From: Oculatellaceae cyanobacterium bins.114
Lineage (GTDB): Bacteria; Cyanobacteriota; Cyanobacteriia; Elainellales; Elainellaceae
Reading direction: 5' to 3'
Assembly: GCA_033764315.1 (NCBI GenBank)
Contig: JANRJA010000113.1
Span: 1 to 43,523, forward strand
Length of the DNA: 43,523 bases
Below, one piece after another: positions 42,788-43,523 of this stretch. The notes under the pieces are model-generated. The model saw nothing but the letters and a program-made list of their open reading frames with translations. It was not told the origin of the DNA and did no database searches. The first letter of the stretch is position 1; each line of letters opens with the position of its first letter. The position numbers and the translations under genes were made by a program.

Positions 42788-43099
42788 TCACAGCAGTCCT
42801 CTAGCTTTCATCCGCGTGTAAAAAGGGGACTTCGCTGCTTGTGTTATACCTGCTTGTACTTGCTCCCATTCCTGGGAGATTTCCCGATCAATTTCTTCCT
42901 GATGATCAAAATAGTAGCCCATTGCCGCATGAGCTTCGGCTGGTTTGAGGTAGAGATGCTGTCGGCATATCTCCTCTACAGACCAACCATAGGCAAGATA
43001 ATCCATAACAATCTGTGCAACTCGAATACGCGGCAATCGCTGTAACCGTGCAGGTTGATCGTCTGACTTCTCAATGTGTGGGTAACTCAGGGCGAGCAT
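42788..43099 (-). CDS. DUF433-family antitoxin
   Basis: YPHIEK...RIRVAQIVMDYLAYGWSVEEICRQHLYLKPAEAHAAMGYYFDHQEEID; GAGG RBS; its stop abuts the toxin start. Confidence 0.92.
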   Translation of the reverse strand: MLALSYPHIEKSDDQPARLQRLPRIRVAQIVMDYLAYGWSVEEICRQHLYLKPAEAHAAMGYYFDHQEEIDREISQEWEQVQAGITQAAKSPFYTRMKARGLL

Positions 43100-43182
43100 A
43101 GTACCTCATTGTCACCTAGCTAAGTTGCCATATTATTACAGTATAGTTTTTGCTACTGCTAGCAAGTAATTTGATGGAAGAC

Positions 43183-43224
43183 GTAGTGTGAGCGTCTCGC
43201 TCGTAGGCAAGATGCCCACACTAC
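43183..43224. repeat. GTAG-type REP-like imperfect palindrome
   Basis: GTAGTGTGAGCGTCTCGC-TCGTAG-GCAAGATGCCCACACTAC. Confidence 0.6.
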
Positions 43225-43523
43225 GGTTGCTAACGTGCAATCGCTATTGGCATCAATATTCATAGAATCCTATGCCTCAGCAACTATTTCTGCCCCAAGC
43301 TAACTTACCCGTAAATGGAAGTACAAGTGCCTCTTGCGTTTACTGACTCTCAGCTTCCCAAATAGATCCTTTCTGCCACCTTTATATCCCTCTTTGGTCA
43401 CTCTAAGCAGATGAAAAGATGAGTTGCAGGTTTAACTCATGTACGAGTGGACAAATAAACGTATTCATCTTGCGGGTTAATTGCTCAAAGCCGACCTGAA
43501 GTGAAGCAATCGGGAAAACCTCT

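Noticed and set aside
43400..43523. 3' end of a gene entering from the right edge (minus frame EVFPIASLQ...IFSSA*)
   Set aside because: Only about 39 codons are visible and no family is recognisable.

Overview
Chromosomal window of a cyanobacterium, probably filamentous. The evidence is the very frequent HIP1 octamer GCGATCGC, apcE, cyanobacteria-type DUF genes and heptamer STRR-like repeats. It is mostly housekeeping and conserved genes: DUF3727-mltG-yqeG-proB (minus strand), a stand-alone four-REP apcE, aas-ylqD, DUF427, DUF3038-DUF4335, an OmpA-like gene with fmt, a cNMP-binding protein, a RarA/MgsA ATPase fused to a SAM-methyltransferase-like domain, GT4 with an amylo-alpha-1,6-glucosidase-like gene, an FG-GAP/Ig/RTX secreted protein, a Wza/SLBB export protein, and metH. 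The most notable items are: (i) a flavin amine oxidase followed by a split, order-reversed FluG/NodGS-like pair (GS-like ligase plus amidohydrolase); (ii) at the right end, a decayed copy of the 3' part of dnaG that begins at a HIP1 site, next to a DUF433/DUF5615 toxin-antitoxin pair whose toxin carries a nonsense mutation; (iii) a candidate ~100-nt sRNA between yqeG and proB; (iv) several MITE/REP-like repeat families, some stacked or nested with readable target-site duplications. No CRISPR array, tRNA, rRNA, transposase or integrase was seen. All family assignments come from motif recognition by eye, not database searches. I cannot claim a definitely new system; the findings are testable candidates.
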